DNA from: an uncultured Terracidiphilus sp.
GTDB lineage: Bacteria; Acidobacteriota; Terriglobia; Terriglobales; Acidobacteriaceae
Assembly (NCBI GenBank): GCA_964569985.1
Contig: CAZMWL010000022.1
Coordinates: forward strand, 2,328-66,327
Direction: 5' to 3'
Length of the DNA stretch: 64,000 nt
The notes under the pieces are model-generated. The model was not told the origin of the DNA, made no database searches, and saw only the letters and a program-made list of their open reading frames with translations. The position numbers were made by a program, and so were the translations under genes. Within the stretch, counting starts at the first letter, position 1, and each line of letters opens with the position of its first letter. This document shows positions 1-10,234 of this stretch, in pieces.

Positions 1-75
1 CCTGAAAAGGTCCCAGACTAGCCGGTTAGAGAGTAGAAAAAGGCACGAACACGAATATATCAAACTGTCGCTGTA

Positions 76-85
76 TTGTCGACAA
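76..85. promoter_or_regulatory. Palindrome TTGTCGACAA, candidate GntR operator
   Basis: Perfect 10-bp palindrome upstream of the regulator; the TGTCGACA core recurs at 2702-2709. Confidence 0.5.
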
Positions 86-207
86 CATGAATACATAGCG
101 CAAACGCGATGTTCCTTCCCGGCTTCCGGTGGAAATGCCGTGGTTATGCGAAGTGAAAAAAGCCGTTGACGCCCCAGCTGCGCGCCGAAGTGGTATATTT
201 TTCTTTC

Positions 208-987
208 ATGGAAAGACGACACAATAAACGGCGCGCTGGAAGCATTTCGGTTCGGGAGCGCGCCTACCGGCATATCAAGAAGCTGATCTCGGAGGGGATA
301 CTGGAGGCGGGCTCGTCCATCAGCGAGTTGCTCCTTGCCAAAGAGCTGGGCAGCAGCCGTACGCCGATTCGCGAGGCCATGAAGCAATTGGACGCCGAAG
401 GATTGCTGGAGCAGAGTCAGAGCGGAGGCATGACCGTAGCGCAACTCAAGCGCGAGGACATTGTTGAGCTCTACGAGCTGCGCGAAGCCCTTGAAGTCTA
501 TTCGGTTGGCCGAGTCGCAAGCCTTCCCCTGCATCCTGCGGATCGCGATCGCCTGCAGTTTGTGGTGAATCAGTTGCTGGTGCTGAAGAAGGAACTGGAA
601 GGCAGCGGAATTCAGACTTTGAGCGACGAGCAGAACAACCGCTTTGTCGAAAGCGATCTGGGCTTCCACGCCTTGTTGATGAGCATGGCGAACAATTCGC
701 GGATCCAGAGAATTATCCACGATACGCGGCTTCTGATTCGTGTGTTCGCAATTCGCCGCCGGGGTCACGATGCGGCGCAGTTGCAGAGCATTTATAACTA
801 CCACCAGCAAGTGCTCGATGCCGTTGCAGCGCAGGACCGCGGCCTGGCTGTGAAGGTGATGTCGGAACACATTCAGGCCAGCCAGCGCGAGCGCCTGAAC
901 GAATACGACTCTTGGCGCCGCGAAGCCACGCTGCGCCAGCACCTTCCGGGCATCTTCGCCTCCTATGCCGCGGCCAAAAAGCCATGA
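208..987 (+). CDS. GntR (FadR subfamily) transcriptional regulator
   Basis: N-terminal wHTH (ELLLAKELGSSRTPIREAMKQL) and C-terminal FCD domain (DLGFHALL...H...EHI). ATG 208 follows TATATT and is preferred over TTG 166. Confidence 0.92.
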   Translation: MERRHNKRRAGSISVRERAYRHIKKLISEGILEAGSSISELLLAKELGSSRTPIREAMKQLDAEGLLEQSQSGGMTVAQLKREDIVELYELREALEVYSVGRVASLPLHPADRDRLQFVVNQLLVLKKELEGSGIQTLSDEQNNRFVESDLGFHALLMSMANNSRIQRIIHDTRLLIRVFAIRRRGHDAAQLQSIYNYHQQVLDAVAAQDRGLAVKVMSEHIQASQRERLNEYDSWRREATLRQHLPGIFASYAAAKKP

Positions 988-2225
988 GCAGCGACGGAAT
1001 CTATAAGTGGTTGATGGTTGGGATGCTGTGGTGCGTCTGCTTCCTCAACTACGCGGACCGGCAACTCATCTTCACCGTGTTTCCACTATTGAGCACAGAG
1101 TTTCATCTGTCCAACGCCTCGCTCTCGGTCCTGAGCGCTTCATTCATGTGCACGTATGCGCTCTTTGGTCCGCTTGCCGGACTGGTCTGCGACCGCGTTC
1201 CGCGCCGGACCTTGGTCTTAGGCACGCTGATTTTCTGGTCGCTGACCGCGGCGGCTACAGCCTTCGTGCGCAACTACGCGCAGCTCGTAACCTGTATCGC
1301 CCTGGGCGGATTGGGCGAGGCTTTTTACTTCCCTGCGGCTATGTCGATGATCGCCGATTACCACGCTGTGGACACAAGATCGCGCGCCATGTCGGTGCAC
1401 CAGTCGAGCGTTTATATAGGCAGTATCGCGGGCGGGACCATCGCCGGCTACCTGGGTCAGTTCTACGGATGGCGCACGGGATTTCTCTGGTTTGGCGGCG
1501 TGGGAGTCGTGCTGGGATGCGGTCTGTGGCTGCTGCTGAAGGAGCCACGGCGCGGCCAGTCTGATCTGATGGCGGGAAAGCTGCCGCCTGGTGGGCAGCT
1601 TCTGAGCGGACTGCGCGAACTGGCCGGCAACCGTGCCGCCTGGCTGCTGGTGGCCGTCTTCATGGGCGCGAATTTTGTCGCCATGATCTTCACCGTGTGG
1701 CTGCCAACGTTTCTTTACCGCACGTTCCATATGAGCTTGACCATGTCGGGTTTGAACGGGACAGCTTATCTTCAGATCGCATCTGTGGTGGGTGTGCTTT
1801 GCGGTGGCGCGCTCGCCGATGGCTTGGTGCGGCGCCACAGAGGCGACAAAGGCGCACGCATGAGAGTCCAGGCCTTAGGTCTGTTTTGTGGAGTGCCGTT
1901 TTTATTTCTATCCGGATGGACTACCGTGGCGGCAACCGTGATGGGAGCCATGATCGGGTTCGGATTCTTCAAGGGAGTTTACGATTCCAATCTCTGGGCT
2001 GCGCTCTATGATGTGACGCCGATCGAACGGCGCGGCGCGGCGCTCGGCATCATGAATTCACTGGGTTGGCTGGGCGGCGCAATCGCGCAACTCTGCATCG
2101 GGCTGGCGTCAGACAGATTTGGCATGAACATCTGCTTGAGCGCAACCGCCCTGGTCTATCTCGGAATCGCCGTCGCGATGGTCCTCGGAGCGCGCCGGCT
2201 CATCCGGCAGACCGCATCCGCCTAG
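984..2225 (+). CDS. MFS transporter (sugar acid/ACS-like)
   Basis: LNYADR in helix 1, motif A GLVCDRVPRR, about 12 hydrophobic segments; ATGA overlap with the gntR stop. Confidence 0.9.
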   Translation: MSSDGIYKWLMVGMLWCVCFLNYADRQLIFTVFPLLSTEFHLSNASLSVLSASFMCTYALFGPLAGLVCDRVPRRTLVLGTLIFWSLTAAATAFVRNYAQLVTCIALGGLGEAFYFPAAMSMIADYHAVDTRSRAMSVHQSSVYIGSIAGGTIAGYLGQFYGWRTGFLWFGGVGVVLGCGLWLLLKEPRRGQSDLMAGKLPPGGQLLSGLRELAGNRAAWLLVAVFMGANFVAMIFTVWLPTFLYRTFHMSLTMSGLNGTAYLQIASVVGVLCGGALADGLVRRHRGDKGARMRVQALGLFCGVPFLFLSGWTTVAATVMGAMIGFGFFKGVYDSNLWAALYDVTPIERRGAALGIMNSLGWLGGAIAQLCIGLASDRFGMNICLSATALVYLGIAVAMVLGARRLIRQTASA

Positions 2226-2701
2226 GGAACTTCGCCCGGTGGCCGGAAGCGCCTGGTCTGTCCGCCCATTTTCGCTTGGCGCGCTTTCTGAAACATGGTT
2301 CGTCTTGCCTGGCAGATTCAATTCGCACCGACGCAGGACTGTGCCGCAATCCGGAATGGAGCGGCAGTAGCTAAATATATGAAAACAAATGCGAAGCGAA
2401 ACTTAGAATTAATACTTATGGATGCAAAATGGAAACCATTGACACTAAACGAAAACAAATGTTAAATTTTCGTCCCGAAATGAGAGAAGTGCGCGAACGC
2501 GATTTCAATTCTCTCGCGTTCATGTTGCGCGCCGTGCAATTTGGAGCGAAGCAACAACGGCTTGGCTCGTGCACTTGTGGTTTGTGCATGTTATGTAGTC
2601 ACTCCTGCACCGATTGAGGCCCCGCGCGCGACAGTGTCAAGCGCAGGCGAACCTTCGATTGCAGCAGGGAAAGGAGGCGCGGCGAGCCATGTTATACCGT
2701 A

Positions 2702-2747
2702 TGTCGACAGTATGTACTTGACAAGTGCGTGGAACTCCCGTTACAGT
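2702..2747 (+). promoter_or_regulatory. Sigma70 promoter of the TonB receptor gene with upstream TGTCGACA operator
   Basis: TTGACA 2718-2723, 18-nt spacer, TACAGT 2742-2747; TGTCGACA at 2702-2709. Confidence 0.55.
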
Positions 2748-2877
2748 TCTCTCGCTTTTCGAAGCCGCTCCGTGCCAAGTCTGCAATCTTCTTGTGTGGA
2801 AATGCGGAAATCTCGCGGAGATCAGACTACGGCAGACCTGAAGTGTCGCAGCAATCGAGATTACTTGGAGGCAAACC

Positions 2878-5800
2878 ATGAAGAGAATCATCCCGGCAAT
2901 AGCCTTTCTGTTGTTTCTGGGAGGCTGTTTCGTATCGGTCCATGCGCAGGTAACTACGGCCACAGTCACCGGCACTGTGATGGACACCACGGGAGCAGTC
3001 GTGCCCGGCGCGACAGTGGCCCTGAAAAATACAGACAACAACGTCGTGCGCCAGACGACGAGCGGCGCGGATGGCGAGTTTCACTTTGAGTACGTCGTGG
3101 TGGGCCGGTACCAATTGACGGTAACGCACGCCGGCTTCAAGACGGAGACGATGACGACGCTCACCTTGAACACCGAGCAGACTCTCGACGTGCCCATTCA
3201 CCTCTCGATCGCCCAGTTGAGCGAGACCGTGCAGGTGAACGGCAGCGACGTGGAGCTGTTGCAGACTGTTACTTCGGACCAGGAGCAGGTATTGCCGGCG
3301 GCGGACCTGAATACGCTTCCGGTGCAGCACCAGGATTGGACCACGACTCTGCCCCTGGATACGGCGACCATCAAGCCTCTCGCCACGACAACCGCCGCGT
3401 CCACGAGCCCGCAGGGCAGCGGTTTGAATGTGAACGGACTGGCCTCGGTGGGCTACAACCTTACGGTGGACGGAACCAATGCCACCTCGAACCCCGAGTT
3501 CACGGCATTTAACTTCTATCAGGGACCGAACATCGTCAACACGGTGAACAACGACGCCATCGCCGAGGTCTCCCTGACCAAGGGCATCGCACCCGCGACG
3601 ATCGGGAATACGCTTTCCAGCAACATCAATCTCATCACCAAGAGCGGCACCAACACGTATCACGGCTCGCTGTATGAGATTAACGAAACCGCTGACTACG
3701 ATGCCCGCACCCAATTCGCGACGGTCAAGCCCGGCAGGGTCTTCAATGAATACGGCGGCTCAGTGGGCGGCTACATTCTCAAAGACAAGCTTTTCGGATT
3801 CGGCAGTTACACCGGTGGCCGGCTCTCCCAGCGAGAGTCGGTTTCGGGCACCGTCTTGACGCCGTATTTTTTCTCGAGCTCGTGCACTGTGACCGACACC
3901 TACACCACGCCCAGCACGACGATTCCCTGCTATAACCCCGTATATGCGCCGCTGTTCGCGCTGGTCCCGACTATTCCGCAGCCTGCTTCAAGTTCCACCG
4001 CGCTGGTAGGAACGTACCAGGGCGTAGGCGCAAACGTGGAAAAAGACGGCAATGGTGTGGCTCGCTTCGATTATTACTTCAACCCTAAGAACCAGATGTA
4101 TGGGCGTTATATTCGCTCCCGCCCCTACGAGTTGATCCCCAACTATATTCCCACCGCCGGGGAAACCTACTCCGGTCACATGGATGCGTTCAACGCGAAT
4201 TACTCGCACTTTGGCAACCGGTGGACGGCGAACACGCGCTTCGGTTTTAACCACCTCAAACTAAGCCGCATTCAGGACGGCATCTACGAGAACCTGCCCG
4301 TGCTGACCTATGACGGCTTCAGTTCGCAGGGCGGCACGACGTTTCCGCAGCACGGCAGCATCATGTCGATCGAAGAGGGAGTGGACTACATTCTAGGCAA
4401 GCACACCATCCAGATCGGCGGCATCGCGCAGAAAACCTTCGCCTCGCGTTTCAAGTTCGCTACGGCAACACTCACTTACTCCGATGCCCTGGATTTCGCG
4501 GTCAACGAGCCGAACTCCGTGCTGGACTCGGTGGTCTCGATGCCGGCAGGCTATGTGGAATTTGGCTGGACCACGTGGGAGATGGGCGGCTATGTGCAGG
4601 ACGATTACCGCGTGAACAGCAACCTGACCTTGAATCTCGGCCTCCGGTATGACTACTACACGGTGCCGCAAGAGATTCAGGGACGAGTCTACAATCGCGG
4701 CATCGACCCGAATAATCCGCAGTACGGTTACGGTTTCGGGGCCTTCCGTCCGTCCAACTCGATGTACGACGCAACGTACTCAGATTTCCAGCCGCGCTTA
4801 GGCTTCGCGTATGTCGCTCCATTCGACCCGAAATTCGTGATTCGCGGCGGAGCCGGCCGTTACGCCGTCAACCACACGATTTATGGCGGCCCGGTAGATA
4901 CCTATGGCCTGCCCGCATCGGACGGCTCGGTCGAGCCGCTGAACTTTACCGTCAACCAGGCGCAGGCAGAGTCGGTGGGCTTGAATTATCCCGTGAACGG
5001 CGCACTGTACACCCAGGATCTGCAGGCGCTTCGCACCTCCGGTGCGCTGGGCACCAATATCGCATTCGAAAACGTGGCCGGATATTTCCCCGACCCCACC
5101 AGCCTTCAGTATTTTCTGGGCGCGGAGCGCCAACTGCCCTGGGGGTTGGTCGCCAAGGTGGAACTGATCGATACGCGCGGCACGCATCTCAATTTCTTTG
5201 AGACGCAGAATCTGCCCAACCGCACAACCAATGTCGCGCCTGAACCCACCTTCGGCACGTTCTATCAGTTCCAGGCCGGCGACCGGAGCAACTTCAATGG
5301 ACTGGAAACGCAGTTAACCAAGACCATGCAGCATGGATTTGAAATCGGCGGCACATACACCTGGAGCAAAGCCCTGTCCCGCGGCGACGCCGACATGCTC
5401 CAGCCGACCGAGGTCCAGGACAACGCCAATCCGCAGAACGACTACGGGCCGGCGCCGTTCGATAACCGGAGTCGCACGGCCATCAACGGAATTTGGCGGC
5501 TGCCGCTGACCCAATGGACGCACACCCAGGGATATGTGGCCCGTGAAATTCTCGGCGGCTGGGAACTGGGTGGAATCTTCACTGGGCAAACCGGCCTGCC
5601 CATCAACGTAACCAACTCGGGCTCGTCCTATCCCGCAGACCGGCCCAACTGGGCGCCCGGACCGAAGTACGTTCCCGGATACCGCAAGTTTGGCGCCGGG
5701 CTCGTCCATCAATATCTCAACCCATGCATTGGAAACGTGGCTTCGCTCTCCGCCGCTTGCACAAACTACGCGCCGCAAGACGAAACCAGCCCGGCTTATA

Positions 5801-6099
5801 ACTTCATTGCCAACGGCCCGGCAAAGGCGCAAACGGTTCCCGGCAACCTGCAGCGCTACAGCCAATACGCTCCCGGCTACCAGGACCTCGACCTGAGCCT
5901 GAAGAAGGTCTTTACGCTCGGCGAGCAACGGAGCTTCCAGTTGCGCATGGATACATTCGATTCATTCAACCACACCAACCTGACCGGCGTTGTGGCCACG
6001 GTCAATTCCAGCAACTTCGGCCAGTTGACCACGTCGACCCCAGGCGGACTTTCTTCAGGAGCACGGCAAATCCAAATTGGCGGGCGCCTGGAATTTTGA
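2878..6099 (+). CDS. TonB-dependent receptor (Oar-like, N-terminal carboxypeptidase-regulatory domain)
   Basis: Signal peptide, GTVMDTTGAVVPGATV, ITKSGTN.YHGS, YVQDDYRV..NLTLNLGLRYDY, C-terminal RQIQIGGRLEF; GGAGG RBS. Confidence 0.93.
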   Translation: MKRIIPAIAFLLFLGGCFVSVHAQVTTATVTGTVMDTTGAVVPGATVALKNTDNNVVRQTTSGADGEFHFEYVVVGRYQLTVTHAGFKTETMTTLTLNTEQTLDVPIHLSIAQLSETVQVNGSDVELLQTVTSDQEQVLPAADLNTLPVQHQDWTTTLPLDTATIKPLATTTAASTSPQGSGLNVNGLASVGYNLTVDGTNATSNPEFTAFNFYQGPNIVNTVNNDAIAEVSLTKGIAPATIGNTLSSNINLITKSGTNTYHGSLYEINETADYDARTQFATVKPGRVFNEYGGSVGGYILKDKLFGFGSYTGGRLSQRESVSGTVLTPYFFSSSCTVTDTYTTPSTTIPCYNPVYAPLFALVPTIPQPASSSTALVGTYQGVGANVEKDGNGVARFDYYFNPKNQMYGRYIRSRPYELIPNYIPTAGETYSGHMDAFNANYSHFGNRWTANTRFGFNHLKLSRIQDGIYENLPVLTYDGFSSQGGTTFPQHGSIMSIEEGVDYILGKHTIQIGGIAQKTFASRFKFATATLTYSDALDFAVNEPNSVLDSVVSMPAGYVEFGWTTWEMGGYVQDDYRVNSNLTLNLGLRYDYYTVPQEIQGRVYNRGIDPNNPQYGYGFGAFRPSNSMYDATYSDFQPRLGFAYVAPFDPKFVIRGGAGRYAVNHTIYGGPVDTYGLPASDGSVEPLNFTVNQAQAESVGLNYPVNGALYTQDLQALRTSGALGTNIAFENVAGYFPDPTSLQYFLGAERQLPWGLVAKVELIDTRGTHLNFFETQNLPNRTTNVAPEPTFGTFYQFQAGDRSNFNGLETQLTKTMQHGFEIGGTYTWSKALSRGDADMLQPTEVQDNANPQNDYGPAPFDNRSRTAINGIWRLPLTQWTHTQGYVAREILGGWELGGIFTGQTGLPINVTNSGSSYPADRPNWAPGPKYVPGYRKFGAGLVHQYLNPCIGNVASLSAACTNYAPQDETSPAYNFIANGPAKAQTVPGNLQRYSQYAPGYQDLDLSLKKVFTLGEQRSFQLRMDTFDSFNHTNLTGVVATVNSSNFGQLTTSTPGGLSSGARQIQIGGRLEF

Positions 6100-6118
6100 T
6101 TGGCAACTACCTCCCTTG

Positions 6119-6162
6119 CCGCCCGGTGAGCTCGCAATCAGGCTCACCGGGCGGTTTTGTTT
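6119..6162 (+). terminator. Rho-independent terminator
   Basis: 13-bp stem CCGCCCGGTGAGC/GCTCACCGGGCGG followed by TTTTGTTT. Confidence 0.75.
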
Positions 6163-6265
6163 GTGATGGAAGTTCGAAACCTGGAGCGGCCGCCTTCCTA
6201 TATGATCGGTGTGAATCCGGCCGGTCACCCTGCGACGAAACCGGCGAGCGATTTTGGATTTCATC

Positions 6266-8458
6266 ATGACCTGGACGCGACGCGAATTCTGCCAGGCAGG
6301 AGCCGCATCGGTTGCGGTTCTCGGCCTGCCTTCAGCTTACGGGGGCTCAGCTGGTGGGGACCGCGTACTCGATCCGGTCAAACAGCTCGAGCGTTTTGCC
6401 TTCTGGACCAACCGCGATTGGGACTGGTACTCCGCGAACATCCCCTTCTGGGAAAGTCCTCATCGCCAGATCGATGAGATCTACTATTACCGCGCCGAGG
6501 TGCTTACCAAGCACCTGCGCTATGCCTCTCCGGATACGGGATATATTTTCACCGAATTTTCCAACGCAGAGCGCCTGGACTGGGCGGGGCGCTACAACGC
6601 GATCGCTTCAGCCGCCGACTTGCACTTTGAAGAAATCCGTTGGCTGAAGACACGCCAATATGCGCGGGATTACGCGCGCTACTGGATGAAAACTCCAGGC
6701 GCGGAGCCTCGTAATTACGGCTTTCCGGCGGCATGGTCGGCATGGCAAATGGGATTGGTGCACGGTGATCAATCCGCCGCATCGGCCCTCCTGGAGGAGT
6801 ACGTTGCCAACTACGGGCAATGGGAGCGCGGGTTGGTTCAGTATCCGCACGACCACGGCTACGATCCTGAGCGCCAGCTATTTTGGAACACCGGCCGCGA
6901 CATGGGCGGAGAATTCAATCTTGCCTCCTGCCAGCTTTCCGAGCCGCTACGAGGCATTGAGGGTTACAAAATTCGCGGCGGCGCGGGCTACCGGCCCGAC
7001 ATCAACGCAGTCCTCTTCGCCGAGGCGCAGACGATTAGCCGATTGGCGAAAATGGCCGGGCAGGCTGAACTGGCCGGTCGATTCGCACAAAAGGCGGCGA
7101 CCTTGCGGCAAAATACCCAGCGCGATCTCTGGGACAACGCGCGGGAGTTTTTTGTTCACCGTTGGCGATACGACGAATACTCCGAAGGCGACACAGAGGG
7201 AAACAAGTCCATCCGAAGCTGGAGCAAAATCTGGGAGACAAACTCAGATCGTAACGGCGGCGTAGGATACAACCCGTCCTTGCAAGGAGCCGGCCACGGC
7301 CGCGAACTGATTGGCTACACACCCTGGCGCTATGGATTGCCAGCGGACGAAGAGCGCATCGCGGCGGCGTGGAAATTTCTCACGTCCCCTGACTATTTTG
7401 ACGCGCCCTACGGACCGGCGACTGCGGAGCGCAATGATCCGTGGTTTCATGTCATTTACCACGCCTGCCGGCACAATGGACAATCGTGGCCGTTCCATAC
7501 GGCGCGCGTCTTGTCGGCGGCAAGCAGGCTCCTCAACGACTACAGTCATCGCGGCGGATTCACGAGCAAGAACTTCTTCGATCTCTTCGAGCGCTACGCC
7601 AGAACACAGTACAGGAATGGCAAGCCTCATCTTGCCGAGGCCCATCATCCCGACAAAGACGAATGGGTGCAGGATGAATGGCCGGGGTTGGACTATTTCC
7701 ACTCCTCCTATATAGATCACGTGGTAACCGGCCTGGCCGGGCTGAGGCCCTCCGATGAAGCAACGGTAACGATCAACCCTCTCGCGCCCGCCGACTGGGA
7801 TTACTTTGCGCTCGATGGCGTCCCGTACCGCAACCATGCGCTTTCGATCGTATGGGACAGAACCGGCCAACGCTATGGCCTGGCGCGCGGACTTACGCTG
7901 CTGATCGATGGGAAGAGCGCCGCGTATTCCGCACAATTGGAGCGCCTGACTGCTCCGTTGCCCACAGTGCAGCCTGCCCACCAACCCTACGAGGTCATTG
8001 TCTCCGCAAACGCCGAGGGCGCAGCGTTTCCCAGGGCAGAAGCTTCGTTCACAGCCAAATACGACAGCCCCGCTGCGGCTCTGAACGGGCTCATCTGGTA
8101 CGACCCGCTCTATGGCGACAAGTGGACCTCGAGGGGAAGCTGGACCGGCGAGGAATGGTTTGACATCGATTTTGGTGCGCCCAGGCAAATCGCTGCTGTC
8201 CGTCTCTTCCTCTATGGGGACGAGCACGGCGTCGAAGCGCCGCAGAGCTACAGCGTTCTTTACGATCTGAATGGGGGATGGACGCCGTTGCGGCTTGATT
8301 CGGTAAAGCCGGAGAAACCTGAAGCAAATCGCGCAAACATCGTCAAATTTGATCCGGTGGAAACGCGAAAGATACGCATTCTCTTCCGCCATCGCCCGGG
8401 AATTGGCGTGGGACTCGCTCAGGTACAGGTGCTGGCGCCGCCTGTCGAGCGAACTTGA
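6266..8458 (+). CDS. Tat-exported six-hairpin glycoside hydrolase (GH63/MGH1-like) with C-terminal F5/8 (discoidin) domain
   Basis: TRREF Tat motif; RELIGYTPW, NGQSWPF, YFHSSYIDHVVTGLAGLRP; C-terminal W..IDFGAPRQI sandwich. Confidence 0.75.
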   Translation: MTWTRREFCQAGAASVAVLGLPSAYGGSAGGDRVLDPVKQLERFAFWTNRDWDWYSANIPFWESPHRQIDEIYYYRAEVLTKHLRYASPDTGYIFTEFSNAERLDWAGRYNAIASAADLHFEEIRWLKTRQYARDYARYWMKTPGAEPRNYGFPAAWSAWQMGLVHGDQSAASALLEEYVANYGQWERGLVQYPHDHGYDPERQLFWNTGRDMGGEFNLASCQLSEPLRGIEGYKIRGGAGYRPDINAVLFAEAQTISRLAKMAGQAELAGRFAQKAATLRQNTQRDLWDNAREFFVHRWRYDEYSEGDTEGNKSIRSWSKIWETNSDRNGGVGYNPSLQGAGHGRELIGYTPWRYGLPADEERIAAAWKFLTSPDYFDAPYGPATAERNDPWFHVIYHACRHNGQSWPFHTARVLSAASRLLNDYSHRGGFTSKNFFDLFERYARTQYRNGKPHLAEAHHPDKDEWVQDEWPGLDYFHSSYIDHVVTGLAGLRPSDEATVTINPLAPADWDYFALDGVPYRNHALSIVWDRTGQRYGLARGLTLLIDGKSAAYSAQLERLTAPLPTVQPAHQPYEVIVSANAEGAAFPRAEASFTAKYDSPAAALNGLIWYDPLYGDKWTSRGSWTGEEWFDIDFGAPRQIAAVRLFLYGDEHGVEAPQSYSVLYDLNGGWTPLRLDSVKPEKPEANRANIVKFDPVETRKIRILFRHRPGIGVGLAQVQVLAPPVERT

Positions 8459-8594
8459 GAAACGATGAGTTTGCTCTGCCCGATTTTGATGAGATGGAGT
8501 CTATCGTCAAGACTTCGTCTGAACGAAGACGCAACTGGTTTTTAAACGTCACACGGCGGGTGGGTCAACATGTCCCTAAACCATTGAAAAATAC

Positions 8595-8671
8595 TGGTCG
8601 GGGCGGAGGGATTCGAACCCCCGACCCTCTGCTCCCAAAGCAGATGCGCTACCAGACTGCGCTACGCCCCG
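8595..8671 (-). tRNA. tRNA-Pro(TGG)
   Basis: CGGGGCGTAGCGCAG...TCTGC-TTTGGGA-GCAGA...GGTTCGAATCC...CCCCGACCA. Confidence 0.97.
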
Positions 8672-8824
8672 ATTTCCTCTTTCGATTGTAACCCGGATCG
8701 ATTTCGTTCGACGCACCTCGCGAAGCCACTCGACTCGCCGCATCTGGATCATTCCGCGGCAGATTTGCCCCGCTCCGCCCACCCGCATCCAATTCGCTTC
8801 GATGCTACAATCGATAGGGTAGAC

Positions 8825-8900
8825 GGCGGCTATAGTTCAGCGGCAGAACGCCTGACTGTGGCTCAGGATGTCGTGGGTTCGATCCCCACTAGCCGCCCCA
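8825..8900 (+). tRNA. tRNA-His(GTG)
   Basis: Cloverleaf with CCTGA-CTGTGGC-TCAGG anticodon arm, G-1 and encoded CCA. Confidence 0.97.
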
Positions 8901-8918
8901 ACATACCCTCCTAAGTCG

Positions 8919-10043
8919 ATGGAACGCGAGGATTTAGCCATTTCATCCGCCGTGCCATCCAGCGGGCCGCCAAGCAGCTCCTCCCCGTACGAGCCCGCGG
9001 AAATTTCCGCCTGGTTCACCCCCTTTGAACCCCATCCCTGGCTCTCCAACGGCCATTTGCAAACCATCGTCGGCAACTTTCTTCCCCGACCCGCGTTTCG
9101 CCTGCCTTCGGTTGCAGAAACCGTTGAAGTCGATCCCACCGATGGCAGTCGCGTTCTCTGCCAGTGCCACTGGCAGCCTGAACCGGAGCGCGCTTCGCGG
9201 CTCACCGCGGTGCTGGTACACGGCCTCGAGGGCTCGTCCGATTCCCGCTACATCCGCGGCATCGCAGCGCGCGCCTTCGCCGCGGGCATGAACGTCATCC
9301 GCATGAACATGCGCAACTGCGGCGGCAGCGATGCGCTCACGCCCACGCTCTATCACTCCGGCCGCTCGGCTGACGTGGGCGCCGTGGTCCAAACCTTCAC
9401 CGCGCGCTTCGGCCTGGAGCGCGTCGCGCTGGTCGGCTACTCCATGGGCGGCAATCTCGTGCTCAAGCTCGCCGGTGAGTGGGGCGCCCGCAGAGGGCCG
9501 CTTGCCGCCGTCGCCACTGTCTGCCCGGCCATTGATCTCGCCGCCGGCGCCGACGCCCTGCATGAGCCGCTCAACCGCGGCTACGAGTGGCATTTTCTGC
9601 GCAATCTGAGGCGCCGGATCCGTCACAAAGCCGAGCTCTTTCCCGCCATCTATCAAATCGGCGGCATCGGCCCCATTCGTTCCATTCGCGAGTTCGACCA
9701 GAAGATCGTCGCGCGCTATTGCGGTTTTCGCGACGCCGACGATTACTACTACCGTGCCGCCAGCGCCCGCGTCGTGGACCGCATCGCCGTGCCCACGCTC
9801 ATCCTCACTGCGCAGGACGATCCTTTCATCCGCCTCTCGCCTGAAACCCGTGCGCGCGTCCTTGCCAACCCCAACATCCATTTTGTCGAGAGCCGCCATG
9901 GCGGCCACTGCGCTTTCCTGGCGCACCGTTCCGCCGGCGTTCATTGGGCCGAGGCCACCGTCGTCCGCTACCTTCAGGCTGTCGCCTCCGGTACGCCGCC
10001 CCTCGCTGCGTCGAGCGCTCGATTCACTTCGCAGCTACAATAA
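8919..10043 (+). CDS. YheT-family alpha/beta hydrolase
   Basis: NGHLQT, HGLEGSS, GYSMGG nucleophile motif, DDPF, GGHCAF. Start moved to the ATG after tRNA-His. Confidence 0.9.
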   Translation: MEREDLAISSAVPSSGPPSSSSPYEPAEISAWFTPFEPHPWLSNGHLQTIVGNFLPRPAFRLPSVAETVEVDPTDGSRVLCQCHWQPEPERASRLTAVLVHGLEGSSDSRYIRGIAARAFAAGMNVIRMNMRNCGGSDALTPTLYHSGRSADVGAVVQTFTARFGLERVALVGYSMGGNLVLKLAGEWGARRGPLAAVATVCPAIDLAAGADALHEPLNRGYEWHFLRNLRRRIRHKAELFPAIYQIGGIGPIRSIREFDQKIVARYCGFRDADDYYYRAASARVVDRIAVPTLILTAQDDPFIRLSPETRARVLANPNIHFVESRHGGHCAFLAHRSAGVHWAEATVVRYLQAVASGTPPLAASSARFTSQLQ

Positions 10044-10050
10044 AGAACGT

Positions 10051-10127
10051 GGGCGAGTAGCTCAATCGGATAGAGCACCGGCCTTCTAAGCCGGGGGTTG
10101 TGGGTTCGATTCCCGCCTCGCCTACCA
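10051..10127 (+). tRNA. tRNA-Arg(TCT)
   Basis: CCGGC-CTTCTAA-GCCGG anticodon arm, GGTTCGATTCC, CCA end. Confidence 0.96.
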
Positions 10128-10234
10128 TTTTCGAGTCAATAATTGATACACAATTTATTTCCATCATTTGCCTGTGATGATTTGGACTCATCCTGAACCG
10201 CTTGCCACTTTTGCGGGCATCCTGCCAGGCGGCA

